64,000 nucleotides of DNA, from positions 2,421,842-2,485,841 of the forward strand of contig NZ_AP023321.1 of NCBI RefSeq assembly GCF_015140235.1, given 5' to 3'. How positions within the stretch are numbered: the first letter of the stretch is position 1; every line of letters begins with the position of its first letter. Shown in pieces: positions 17,734 through 26,365 of the stretch. Both the position numbers and the translations under genes were made by a program. Below the pieces are notes generated by a model. The model searched no databases and was not told the origin of the DNA. It worked only from the letters and a program-made list of their open reading frames with translations. This DNA comes from Solibaculum mannosilyticum (lineage in GTDB: Bacteria > Bacillota > Clostridia > Oscillospirales > Acutalibacteraceae).

Positions 17734-18420
17734 ATGATTGAATTGAAAGGTGTTTCCAAAACGTATGACAACGGCACCGTGGCTTTAAAGGACATCAATC
17801 TCACCATCCAAAAAGGTGAGTTCGTTTTTATCGTGGGCGCTTCCGGCGCCGGCAAAAGTACTTTCTTAAAATTGATCATCCGGGAGGAGGTCCCCAATGC
17901 CGGTGAGATCACCGTCAATGGGTTCAAGCTCTCCTCCATGAAAAAGAAAAATGTTCCCTATTTCAGGCGTACCATGGGCATTGTGTTCCAGGACTTCCGC
18001 CTGATTCCTAAAATGACGGTATTTGACAACGTGGCTTTCGCTATGCGGGTGACAGGGGCCACCACCCGGCAGATCCGCAAACGGGTCCCCTATGTGCTCA
18101 GCCAGGTAGGGCTCACCGATAAGGCCCACTGCCTGCCCAAGGAATTGTCGGGCGGCGAACAACAGCGCGTAGGCCTGGCCCGGGCGTTGGTCAACAACCC
18201 CGATCTCCTGGTGGCCGACGAGCCCACCGGCAACATCGATCCGCAGCTCTCTTTTGAAATCATCGAGCTGCTCAACGAGATCAACCGAAAGGGTACCACC
18301 ATCCTGATGGTCACCCATGAGCGGGAGTTGGCCAACTGGTTTGACCGGCGCACCATTGAAATTCGAGACGGCTCCATCGTCTCCGATTCAGGAAGGAGCG
18401 TGTCGAATGAAAGCCAGTAA
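17734..18420 (+). CDS. ftsE: Cell division ATP-binding protein FtsE
   Basis: Walker A GASGAGKST, signature LSGGEQQRVGLARAL, Walker B LLVADEPTGNID, 228 aa; immediately followed by ftsX. Confidence 0.95.
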   Translation: MIELKGVSKTYDNGTVALKDINLTIQKGEFVFIVGASGAGKSTFLKLIIREEVPNAGEITVNGFKLSSMKKKNVPYFRRTMGIVFQDFRLIPKMTVFDNVAFAMRVTGATTRQIRKRVPYVLSQVGLTDKAHCLPKELSGGEQQRVGLARALVNNPDLLVADEPTGNIDPQLSFEIIELLNEINRKGTTILMVTHERELANWFDRRTIEIRDGSIVSDSGRSVSNESQ

Positions 18421-19321
18421 TTTTCGATACTTAATCAAGGAAGGTTTCCGCAGTGTATGGGTCAATCGGAATATGGCCCTGGCGTCGGTGGGCGTACTCA
18501 CCGCCTGCCTTTTGCTGTTAGGAAGCGTCCTCCTGTGTGTTCTCAACATAGACGAAGCCTTTCAGTGGCTGGAAAAACAGAATATTGCGATGGTATATGT
18601 CCAAGACAGCGCCTCCGAGCAACAAACGACACAATTGGGGGAGGATATTTCCAAAATGGACAATATCGAGTCATGCATCTTTGTCTCCAAGGAGGAAGGG
18701 CTGGACAAGCAACTGGAGGCTTTTGGCGATGACGCGGAACTTTTGGAAAGTCTCAAAGACGACAATCCCCTTCCCGACGCTTATCAGGTTTCGGTGAAGG
18801 ATCTCTCCCTTTACGATCAGACGATCGATGAAATTAAGAGCATGTCCGGGGTGGAGAGTGTTGCCAGCAACCGGGATGAGGCGGAAACCATGACCCATGT
18901 GCGCAATGTGGTTTCCAACGTCGGGGGTTGGGTAATCGGCATCCTGGTGATTGTTTCGCTCTTTATTATCGCCAACACTGTAAAAATTACCATGTTCGTC
19001 CGCCGGCTGGAAATCAGCATCATGAAATCGGTGGGCGCTACCAATGCTTTCATTACCATTCCCTTCTTAGTACAGGGTATGTTCTTGGGCCTCTTCTCGG
19101 CCGCCTTGGCTTCGGGGATTATATGGTATCTCTATTATTTGGCTGCCGGAGCGGTGGAGGGCATTATGCCAACTTTGTCCGTAATCCCGTTTAGCCAGGT
19201 CGCTCTCCCTATCATCCTCATTTTTGTGGGAGCCGGCGTCCTGACTGGCACCATCGGCAGCGCTATTTCCATCCGTCGTCACTTGAAACACGATGCAAGG
19301 GGGATCTATGATGTCATTTAA
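18407..19321 (+). CDS. ftsX: Cell division permease-like protein FtsX
   Basis: Starts at MKASNFRYLIKEGFRSVWVNR with RBS aggaaggag and overlaps the ftsE stop; four TM helices and an extracellular loop. Confidence 0.9.
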   Translation: MKASNFRYLIKEGFRSVWVNRNMALASVGVLTACLLLLGSVLLCVLNIDEAFQWLEKQNIAMVYVQDSASEQQTTQLGEDISKMDNIESCIFVSKEEGLDKQLEAFGDDAELLESLKDDNPLPDAYQVSVKDLSLYDQTIDEIKSMSGVESVASNRDEAETMTHVRNVVSNVGGWVIGILVIVSLFIIANTVKITMFVRRLEISIMKSVGATNAFITIPFLVQGMFLGLFSAALASGIIWYLYYLAAGAVEGIMPTLSVIPFSQVALPIILIFVGAGVLTGTIGSAISIRRHLKHDARGIYDVI

Positions 19322-20813
19322 AAAGAAGAAGGTGCTTCGCATTTTGGGCTTGCTGACGGCCATATCGGTGTTGACCGCTACGGTACCTATGACCGGTTTC
19401 AGCGTGACTGAGTCCAGCCTCAATCAACAGATCCAGAAGCTGGACGATCAAATCAAAGAGAAGGAACAAAAACTCCAGGAAATCCGAGATCAGCAGGGCG
19501 AAACCAAAGCCTATCAGGAGGTATTGCAGGGCCTTGTCAACGACTCTATGGCCCGTATCGACAATCTGGCGGCCCAGATGGACCAACAGGATGCTGAGAT
19601 CGCTTCTTTGGACGACAAAATTTCTACGTTGGATGCTGAGATCCAGGCATTCAGCGAAGAAATCAATCAGAATGAACAGCGTAAACAGCAGCTGGAGGAT
19701 GAGCTGCTTCAAAAAGAGAAGGATATTGAGGAATCCTATGATGTGTTCGGCCAGCGGGTGCGCGCCATGTATATGACCGGCAACGCTTCCCTCCTGACCC
19801 AACTGCTCAACGCCACCGATTACGCCGATTTCCTCTACCGGTCCCAGGTGGTCAAGAGCATCTCCGACCACGATCAGCAGCTCATCGACGACATCCGTCG
19901 TCAGGCGGACGAGATCCAGTCCACCAAAGATGAGATTGAACAGACCGTCCGAGAAATCAACGATAAAAAGAAACAGTCGGAAGACAAACGCGCTGAACAA
20001 GAACAGGCTCGTTCCGACGTGCAGGCAAAGCGGGATGAATCGGCTGTTTTGATGGACCAGTACAATGCCGAACAGGATGAACTCTCGGCCCGTGCGGAAG
20101 AAAACCGCCTGCTTCTGGCCCAGCTGGAAGGCGACGAGTCGGCCGCTCTCACCAACATCAGCGACTTAAAAGGCGACAAATCGGAAGCTGAACAAGATTT
20201 GGCTGATCTGCAAAAACCGGTTGAAACCCCGTCTGAAGGCGGGTCAACGGGAGGTTCCAGCAGTGGAGGCTCCGGCAGTTCCGGAGGCGGCGGATCGGAC
20301 AGCGGTTCAGGCGGCTCCAGCGGCGGGTCAAGCAGCAGCGGATCTGAAACGCCTGCTCCTCCTGCTTCCAGTGCCAAGTTCATCTGGCCGACACCTAATT
20401 ATGCAGGCCTGAAGTATATTACATCCTATTTTGGCAACCGCAACGATCCCTTTACCGGCGAGTTGAAGGGACACGGCGCCATTGATATTTCCGGCGCCGG
20501 CATCTACCGCACGCCCATTGTCGCGGCTGAAAGCGGTACGGTTGTCAAAGCGGCCAGCGGTAACACCGGCTACGGCAACCATGTCATCATCGACCACGGC
20601 GTGGACAGCAGCGACGGCAACCGGTACTACACCCTGTACGGCCACTGCAGTTCGTTGGCTGTGTCTGTGGGACAAACCGTCAGCCAGGGACAAGTCATCG
20701 GCTATGTGGGTTCCACCGGATACTCCACAGGCCCCCATCTCCACTTTGAAGTGCGCAAGGGAGCCAACAATTCCGCCAGCCGTGTCAATCCTCTTTTGTA
20801 TCTCCCCACCTGA
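19308..20813 (+). CDS. M23 peptidase with N-terminal coiled coil and Gly/Ser-rich linker (EnvC/PcsB-like partner of FtsEX)
   Basis: Signal peptide, long coiled-coil region, GS-rich linker, C-terminal M23 motifs HGAIDI, HLHFEV; overlaps the ftsX stop. Confidence 0.85.
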   Translation: MMSFKKKKVLRILGLLTAISVLTATVPMTGFSVTESSLNQQIQKLDDQIKEKEQKLQEIRDQQGETKAYQEVLQGLVNDSMARIDNLAAQMDQQDAEIASLDDKISTLDAEIQAFSEEINQNEQRKQQLEDELLQKEKDIEESYDVFGQRVRAMYMTGNASLLTQLLNATDYADFLYRSQVVKSISDHDQQLIDDIRRQADEIQSTKDEIEQTVREINDKKKQSEDKRAEQEQARSDVQAKRDESAVLMDQYNAEQDELSARAEENRLLLAQLEGDESAALTNISDLKGDKSEAEQDLADLQKPVETPSEGGSTGGSSSGGSGSSGGGGSDSGSGGSSGGSSSSGSETPAPPASSAKFIWPTPNYAGLKYITSYFGNRNDPFTGELKGHGAIDISGAGIYRTPIVAAESGTVVKAASGNTGYGNHVIIDHGVDSSDGNRYYTLYGHCSSLAVSVGQTVSQGQVIGYVGSTGYSTGPHLHFEVRKGANNSASRVNPLLYLPT

Positions 20814-20833
20814 GAAAAAAGTGAGGTCCGTTT

Positions 20834-22072
20834 ATGAGCAAACGAATTCCCCTGGGTCTCACCATTGCCCTCGTTCTTTTGACCGCAGCCATCAGCATCT
20901 CGGTGACAATGGCTGTCTCCCTGAAGCAATTTAATGGTAAACTAGATGTGGGCAATCAGGCGGCCATTTCTTTAAAACTCAGCGAGATTGATTCTAAAAT
21001 CCGCAGCGAATATATGGGGGCCATCGATGAAGCAAATCTTCAGGACCACATCGCAGCGGGTTATATCGCTGGGATCGGCGATCGCTATGCCAGCTACTAC
21101 AGTGTGGAAGAAACCAAGGATAAACTGAATTCCCTAGCCGGCAGTGAGGTCGGTTTGGGCCTCAAAGTCACCCAGACTTCAGACGGCTCGGTCATCGTCT
21201 TCGATGTGATGGCCGACGCCCCTGCGCAAAAAGCCGGTCTCCAGGAGGGCGACGTCATCACGGAGGTGGAAGGTCAATCGGTTACCGGAATGACTCTCTA
21301 TCAAGTCCGGGATCTCCTAATCGGCGCGGTGGGAACCACTGCCAATTTTACCGTTGCCAGAGGAGAAGAGACCATTCCCTTTTCCATCCTGAGGGAGAAT
21401 TACACCAATGTGTCGGTGTCTTATTCGGTGATGGACGGCATCGGTTACGTATCTGTGGATGAATTCAACGAATCCACTGACGAACAGTTTATCGCCGCCA
21501 TGGAGGATCTCCAAGGACAAGGGGTTTCCGCCGTCGTATTTGATATGCGCAATAATTTAGGCGGTACTTTGGATTCTGTTGCCAAGTCCCTGGATTATCT
21601 GCTTCCGGAAGGCCCTATTGTCTATAAGACTGCCAAAAACAGTTCCCGGGAAGTCCTTTACTCCTCCGATGCAGAGGAGGTCGAGCTTCCCATGATGGTC
21701 CTGGTCAACGGCCAGACGGCTTCGGCTGCTGAATTATTTGCCTGTGCCCTGCGGGATTACGGGAAAGCCCAATTGGTGGGCACCTTGACCTACGGCAAGG
21801 GCTGCATGCAAAACTTCGAGCAGCTCAGCGACGGTTCGGGCATCAATTTTACAGTGGCCAACTTTGACCCTCCCAAATCGGAGAACTTCGATGGAAAAGG
21901 CCTTATTCCCGATTTTGAAGTCACTCTGACCGATGAACAAACGGAGAACTTCTATCTGTTGGCCCAAGAGGACGATCCTCAGCTGCAAAAAGCTCTTTCC
22001 CTTTTAAGAGAAAGTTTGTCTGCCACGTCGGAAGAGTCATCGCCCTCCAGCGAGGAACCTTCAGCTGAGTAA
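20834..22072 (+). CDS. ctpA: S41 carboxyl-terminal processing protease (CtpA/CtpB-like) with PDZ domain
   Basis: N-terminal TM, PDZ region, S41 motifs VFDMRNNLGGTLDS and VLVNGQTASAAELFA. Confidence 0.9.
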   Translation: MSKRIPLGLTIALVLLTAAISISVTMAVSLKQFNGKLDVGNQAAISLKLSEIDSKIRSEYMGAIDEANLQDHIAAGYIAGIGDRYASYYSVEETKDKLNSLAGSEVGLGLKVTQTSDGSVIVFDVMADAPAQKAGLQEGDVITEVEGQSVTGMTLYQVRDLLIGAVGTTANFTVARGEETIPFSILRENYTNVSVSYSVMDGIGYVSVDEFNESTDEQFIAAMEDLQGQGVSAVVFDMRNNLGGTLDSVAKSLDYLLPEGPIVYKTAKNSSREVLYSSDAEEVELPMMVLVNGQTASAAELFACALRDYGKAQLVGTLTYGKGCMQNFEQLSDGSGINFTVANFDPPKSENFDGKGLIPDFEVTLTDEQTENFYLLAQEDDPQLQKALSLLRESLSATSEESSPSSEEPSAE

Positions 22073-22106
22073 ACCTTTTTTAAAAGAATTATGCTAACAG
22101 CATCGA

Positions 22107-22146
22107 AACCAGCGTCTAGGGATTTTCCTATGGCGCTGGTTTTTTG
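22107..22146 (+). terminator. Rho-independent terminator after the ctp gene
   Basis: aaccagcgtc-loop-ggcgctggtt followed by TTTTTTGT. Confidence 0.6.
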
Positions 22147-22265
22147 TATCATAAAGGGCAAAACCTATCTTCTCCCTTTGGGACGACCTTTTCCCCGTCT
22201 TTTTTCATAAACTCACTCTCCCCTGCATATAAAAAACAAGGATGATTGCGGGATGAGGTGATGGG

Positions 22266-23129
22266 TTGTTTGCTGTATTAACGGTTCAAAAACGCATGGC
22301 TCATGGAGTACTGGGACGGCTTCGTCTTTTCTCCCGTCCGGCGCCTCCTGCCTCCCACATGGTACAGGAGGGGAACATCTCTTATCTGAGCATCTGCGCG
22401 CAAATGGATAAACGGCATCCTCTGGACTGGATGGATATCACTCGTCTGGCCGCCTGGGCCCCTGCCGGACTTCTGCTTCCGGACGGCTTTTCCCCGCCGG
22501 ATGATTGTTCGTATCGTCCGGTGGACGATTCCCCCTTTCAGCGCCTGCTTTGCTGTAGGGCCTGTCACCGTTCCCTTCAGGAGGCCGATCTCTCCCCTTC
22601 CAAGCTCCAGATCTGTCTCGTAGACCACAGCGGACAATTTGGCAAAGTCGCTTTGTCCCTGATCCGCTATGCCTCCACCGTCAAGGTATACACCCCTCAG
22701 CCCGACTTATTCGAGGAAGTCGCTCGGTTGTCTATCAAACAGTACGGCGCTCCTCTTGTGGTGTCCGACGACCCCGGATGTGTATCAGGATGTCCGGTGG
22801 TTCTCAATCCCTGGGGAATGTCGGCCCCCGTCTCCAAGGAAGCGGTGGTGTTTTCCACCCGTCCCCTCAAGGGACTGCACAGCTTATGCCTCTCAGAATA
22901 CACCGCCGCCGTTGGAGGAGAAGCCGGACGTCTCTGTCCGGGCGGGATCGATCCCACCCAATTTGCCGCCGCTTTGTACGCTTCCGGACGTCTTCGTGAT
23001 CCGGTGGAGGTCTCGTCCTGTCTATCCGGCGACGAGAGGTTGGATTTCCTAAGCGTCGCCTCTTTCATTCGTCGTGCTTACGACGCTTTAAATGCCAAAG
23101 AAACAGACGAATTCAGGCGGAAACATTGA
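22266..23129 (+). CDS. Hypothetical protein, no family recognised, TTG start in the longest frame
   Basis: 287-aa ORF fills the gap between the ctp terminator and the greA promoter; third-position GC bias is gene-like; internal ATG alternatives exist. Confidence 0.4.
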   Translation: MFAVLTVQKRMAHGVLGRLRLFSRPAPPASHMVQEGNISYLSICAQMDKRHPLDWMDITRLAAWAPAGLLLPDGFSPPDDCSYRPVDDSPFQRLLCCRACHRSLQEADLSPSKLQICLVDHSGQFGKVALSLIRYASTVKVYTPQPDLFEEVARLSIKQYGAPLVVSDDPGCVSGCPVVLNPWGMSAPVSKEAVVFSTRPLKGLHSLCLSEYTAAVGGEAGRLCPGGIDPTQFAAALYASGRLRDPVEVSSCLSGDERLDFLSVASFIRRAYDALNAKETDEFRRKH

Positions 23130-23155
23130 CAGAGACTACGCCATTGACGTATAAT
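23126..23155 (+). promoter_or_regulatory. Sigma-A-type promoter upstream of greA
   Basis: TTGACA, 18-nt spacer, TATAAT, giving a 170-nt leader. Confidence 0.5.
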
Positions 23156-23324
23156 AAATCTAATACCCATGATGAATAAAAAAGCTTATAGCCTATCCCA
23201 TGGGGACATGTAAAAAGCAATTGCGGCCGATATATCAAATCACCTCCATCCTCGCCGGGTGGAGGCGTCTTATTGGAGGAGGCCGTCTTTGATCTGATTC
23301 TTATTTGTAACTGGAGGTACTGGA

Positions 23325-23798
23325 ATGGCCAAGCAGGTTCTCCTGACCGACGAAGGTCTTAGAAAGCTGGAGGCTGAGCTGGAAGAGCTCAAAACAGTAA
23401 AACGAAAAGAGATTGCCGATAAAATCGAAGTCGCCCGCTCCTTCGGCGACCTTTCGGAAAACAGTGAATACGATGAGGCCAAAAACGATCAGGCCATCGT
23501 AGAAGCCCGCATCGCCGAATTGGAAGCCATGCTGCGCAATGTCAAGGTGCTGGATGAGGACGAATTGAGCACCGAGATGATCCACGTCGGCTCCAAAGTC
23601 AAACTCTATGACCGGGAGTTTGAGGAAGAAGTGGAGTACCAGATCGTCGGCTCCACCGAAGCCGATCCCTCCAAAGGCCGTATCTCGGACGAATGTCCGG
23701 TGGGCAAGGGCCTTTTGGGACATCGAGTGGGCGAATCGGTGGAAATCGAAGTGCCCGACGGCGTCGTCACCTTCGACGTATTAGAGATATCCAAGTAA
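23325..23798 (+). CDS. greA: Transcription elongation factor GreA
   Basis: 157 aa; [18 protein letters not shown]-terminal coiled coil and C-terminal FKBP-like domain; RBS ggagg. Confidence 0.95.
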   Translation: MAKQVLLTDEGLRKLEAELEELKTVKRKEIADKIEVARSFGDLSENSEYDEAKNDQAIVEARIAELEAMLRNVKVLDEDELSTEMIHVGSKVKLYDREFEEEVEYQIVGSTEADPSKGRISDECPVGKGLLGHRVGESVEIEVPDGVVTFDVLEISK

Positions 23799-23802
23799 TG
23801 AA

Positions 23803-23842
23803 GGCGGGGGAAGGCGGCATATGCCCTTCCCCCGTTTTTTTG
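23803..23842 (+). terminator. Rho-independent terminator after greA
   Basis: gggggaagg-cggcatatg-cccttccccc followed by TTTTTTT. Confidence 0.7.
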
Positions 23843-23962
23843 ATTGCAGACATGGGTCTGCATCTGGTTTTCCCAGAGCTATGATGGCAATCCTGTGGAA
23901 AACGGGTCCCGCCGGTCCGACAAAGGCGGCGGCAAGATGTAAAAAATGAACGGAGGTCCATT

Positions 23963-25498
23963 ATGAGCCAAATGAGTCAACCGCCCGTCAATGAGAACAG
24001 TGCGGAAAATCTAAACGAACTGCTGCAAATCCGCCGGGATAAGCTGGCCGCTCTCCAACAGGAGGGCAATGATCCCTTTACCATCACCACCGCCACCCAG
24101 ACCCATCATGCCGCCGAAATCGTGGAGCGGTTTGAGGAGCTGGAAAACACCGACTGCACCATCGCCGGACGCATTATGACCTGGCGGGATATGGGCAAGG
24201 CAAACTTTATCGATATCCACGACGCCACCGGGCGCATCCAGGTGTACGTCCGCATGAACGACATCGGCGAGGAGGCCTTCGCCGCCTTCAAAAAGTGGGA
24301 TATCGGCGATATTGTGGAGGTCACCGGCTTTATCTTCCGCACCCGCCGGGGTGAAATTTCCGTCCACGCCAAGGGCATCCGCCTGCTCTCCAAGTCGCTG
24401 CTGCCTTTGCCGGACAAGTTCCACGGCCTCAAGGATACCGACGTCCGTTACCGCCAGCGCTACATCGATCTGATTGTCAATCCCGAGGTCAAGGACACCT
24501 TCCTCAAGCGCAGCAGGATCATCACCTCCATCCGCCGCTATCTGGATGAAAATTGCTTCACTGAAGTGGAGACCCCTATTTTGAATCTCATCGCCGGCGG
24601 CGCTACCGCCCGTCCCTTCATCACCCATCACAACACCCTGGATCTGGACATGTACCTGCGCATCGCGCCGGAACTGTACCTCAAGCGTCTCATTGTAGGC
24701 GGTATGGAGCGGGTGTATGAACTGGGCCGCAACTTCCGCAACGAGGGTATGGACGTGCGCCACAACCCGGAATTTACCATGGTGGAGCTGTACGAGGCCT
24801 TCACCGATTACAACGGCATGATGAAGCGTGCCGAGGAGATGATCGCCGCCGCTGCCGTGGAAGCCACCGGTTCCACCAAAGTGACCTACCAGGGCGAAGA
24901 AATCGATCTCACCCCTCCCTTCCGCCGCCTGAGCATGCTGGACGCTGTCAAGCAGTACGCCGGCATCGATTTCGACTCCTTCCGCGGCGACGATCAGAAG
25001 GCGTTGGAAGCTGTCAAGGCGCTTGGGATTGAAGAGGTCAAGGACGACATGACCTGGGGCGATCTGCTCAATCTGGCCTTTGAGGAAAAGGTGGAGGAAC
25101 AGCTGGTACAGCCCACCTTTATCATCGATTATCCGGTGGAGATCTCTCCCCTGACCAAGCGCAAGCCGTCGGCACCCCATCTGACCGAACGATTTGAGCT
25201 GTTTATCACCCGCCGTGAATTTGCCAACGCCTATTCCGAGCTCAACGATCCCATCGATCAGCGGGCACGTCTGGTGCGTCAGGCCGCCATGCGCGAGAAG
25301 GGCGATGACGAGGCCCAGATGCTGGATGAGGATTTCCTCATGGCTTTGGAATACGGCATGCCTCCCACAGGCGGCCTGGGTATGGGCATCGACCGTCTGG
25401 TCATGCTGCTGACCGATTCCTCCTCTATCCGCGACGTCTTGCTCTTCCCGACCATGAAGCCCAAGACAGTGTCGGAAGAAACTGAGGCGGAAGAATAA
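23963..25498 (+). CDS. lysS: Lysine--tRNA ligase (class II)
   Basis: 511 aa; class II motifs and OB anticodon-binding domain (FIDIHDATGRIQVY; GGLGMGIDRLVMLLT). Confidence 0.95.
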   Translation: MSQMSQPPVNENSAENLNELLQIRRDKLAALQQEGNDPFTITTATQTHHAAEIVERFEELENTDCTIAGRIMTWRDMGKANFIDIHDATGRIQVYVRMNDIGEEAFAAFKKWDIGDIVEVTGFIFRTRRGEISVHAKGIRLLSKSLLPLPDKFHGLKDTDVRYRQRYIDLIVNPEVKDTFLKRSRIITSIRRYLDENCFTEVETPILNLIAGGATARPFITHHNTLDLDMYLRIAPELYLKRLIVGGMERVYELGRNFRNEGMDVRHNPEFTMVELYEAFTDYNGMMKRAEEMIAAAAVEATGSTKVTYQGEEIDLTPPFRRLSMLDAVKQYAGIDFDSFRGDDQKALEAVKALGIEEVKDDMTWGDLLNLAFEEKVEEQLVQPTFIIDYPVEISPLTKRKPSAPHLTERFELFITRREFANAYSELNDPIDQRARLVRQAAMREKGDDEAQMLDEDFLMALEYGMPPTGGLGMGIDRLVMLLTDSSSIRDVLLFPTMKPKTVSEETEAEE

Positions 25499-25528
25499 TC
25501 TCCCTCCCTCTCCGGAAAGGAGGTCTCT

Positions 25529-26125
25529 ATGAGCGATTCCAAACCGGCTAAAAAAAGCCGTCTGATTCCCTTTCTTATCCTGACAGGCGCCGGCGTTTTC
25601 GTGGCCATTTTGCTTCTCCTTCTCATGATGACCCATTCGGTGGAGCCCGATTACCGCATCGCTGTGGTGACTCCCATGGGCCTCAGCGAACAGAACGTAC
25701 AGGTTCTCAAAAACAATCTCACCCTCTACGCCGAAGATGCCAATGAGGACGGCCAAGTCTACATCGAGGTGGAAAACATCGCCGTTGAGGATACCAGCGT
25801 CACCAAAAATGCCCAGCAGGCACTGCGGGATGTGGTGGATTCCGACGATACCTTTCTTTTCCTCACCGATCCGACTGAGTATGAATACATATTGGCCGGC
25901 TGGCCGGATCTCTTTTCCACCATCCAAGGGGAGGAGAGCGATCAGTGGTCCCTAGAGGGGTCTTCCTTTGCCCAGGGATGGGGAGGATACACGCAGACTG
26001 GCCTATCCCTCTCCTTCAGCATCCGGAAAAGCGATGGGCTGACGGGGGATGCCTTAGAGCGGTATCAGGCGGCCCGGGATCTCCTCCGCGCCATTACCTA
26101 TGATCCCGATCCCACTTCCGAATAA
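25529..26125 (+). CDS. Hypothetical membrane-anchored protein
   Basis: 198 aa, N-terminal TM helix (LIPFLILTGAGVFVAILLLLL), acidic extracytoplasmic domain; RBS aaaggagg; follows lysS with no terminator. Confidence 0.6.
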   Translation: MSDSKPAKKSRLIPFLILTGAGVFVAILLLLLMMTHSVEPDYRIAVVTPMGLSEQNVQVLKNNLTLYAEDANEDGQVYIEVENIAVEDTSVTKNAQQALRDVVDSDDTFLFLTDPTEYEYILAGWPDLFSTIQGEESDQWSLEGSSFAQGWGGYTQTGLSLSFSIRKSDGLTGDALERYQAARDLLRAITYDPDPTSE

Positions 26126-26215
26126 AAAACAGCCGCATGGCAGCTGTTTTTTATTCGCATCAGCCCGCTCCGCTGGGCTGGCGCTTAGGATCAAGGCCCT
26201 GGGCCGGAACGGCCC
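26124..26215. repeat. Copy 1 of a roughly 90-bp repeated intergenic element (terminator hairpin plus conserved 3' extension); candidate small RNA
   Basis: AAAAAACAGCCGCATGGCAGCTGTTTTTTATTCGCATCAGCCCGCTCCGCTGGGCTGGCGCTTAGGATCAAGGCCCTGGGCCG is about 88% identical to the copy at 54688..54775. Confidence 0.6.
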
Positions 26216-26299
26216 AGATGGCCGTTTTTATGTCAGATCCCTTGTCCCTTCACCCGCAGATGTGGGGGAAGGGACAAGCTCCCAATCCTTTGCCGATGT

Positions 26300-26328
26300 T
26301 CCGGCCTCTTTTGTGCCGGATTTATTTT
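26300..26328 (+). terminator. Attenuator-like terminator hairpin in the ilvD leader
   Basis: tccggc-ctcttttgt-gccgga followed by TTTATTTT, about 40 nt upstream of the ilvD ATG. Confidence 0.45.
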
Positions 26329-26365
26329 ACTTCTATATTCTTTCTAATTTAGGTGGTGTCTCATC

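Noticed and set aside
24011-25927. 638-aa minus-strand ORF overlapping lysS and the next gene
   Set aside because: This is an antisense shadow ORF of lysS and it has no recognisable motifs. The same applies to 9067..10560 (+) opposite the GH2 gene, 14032..14790 (+) opposite the GH18 gene, 31308..32045 (-) opposite floT and 60051..60962 (+) opposite rsmG.
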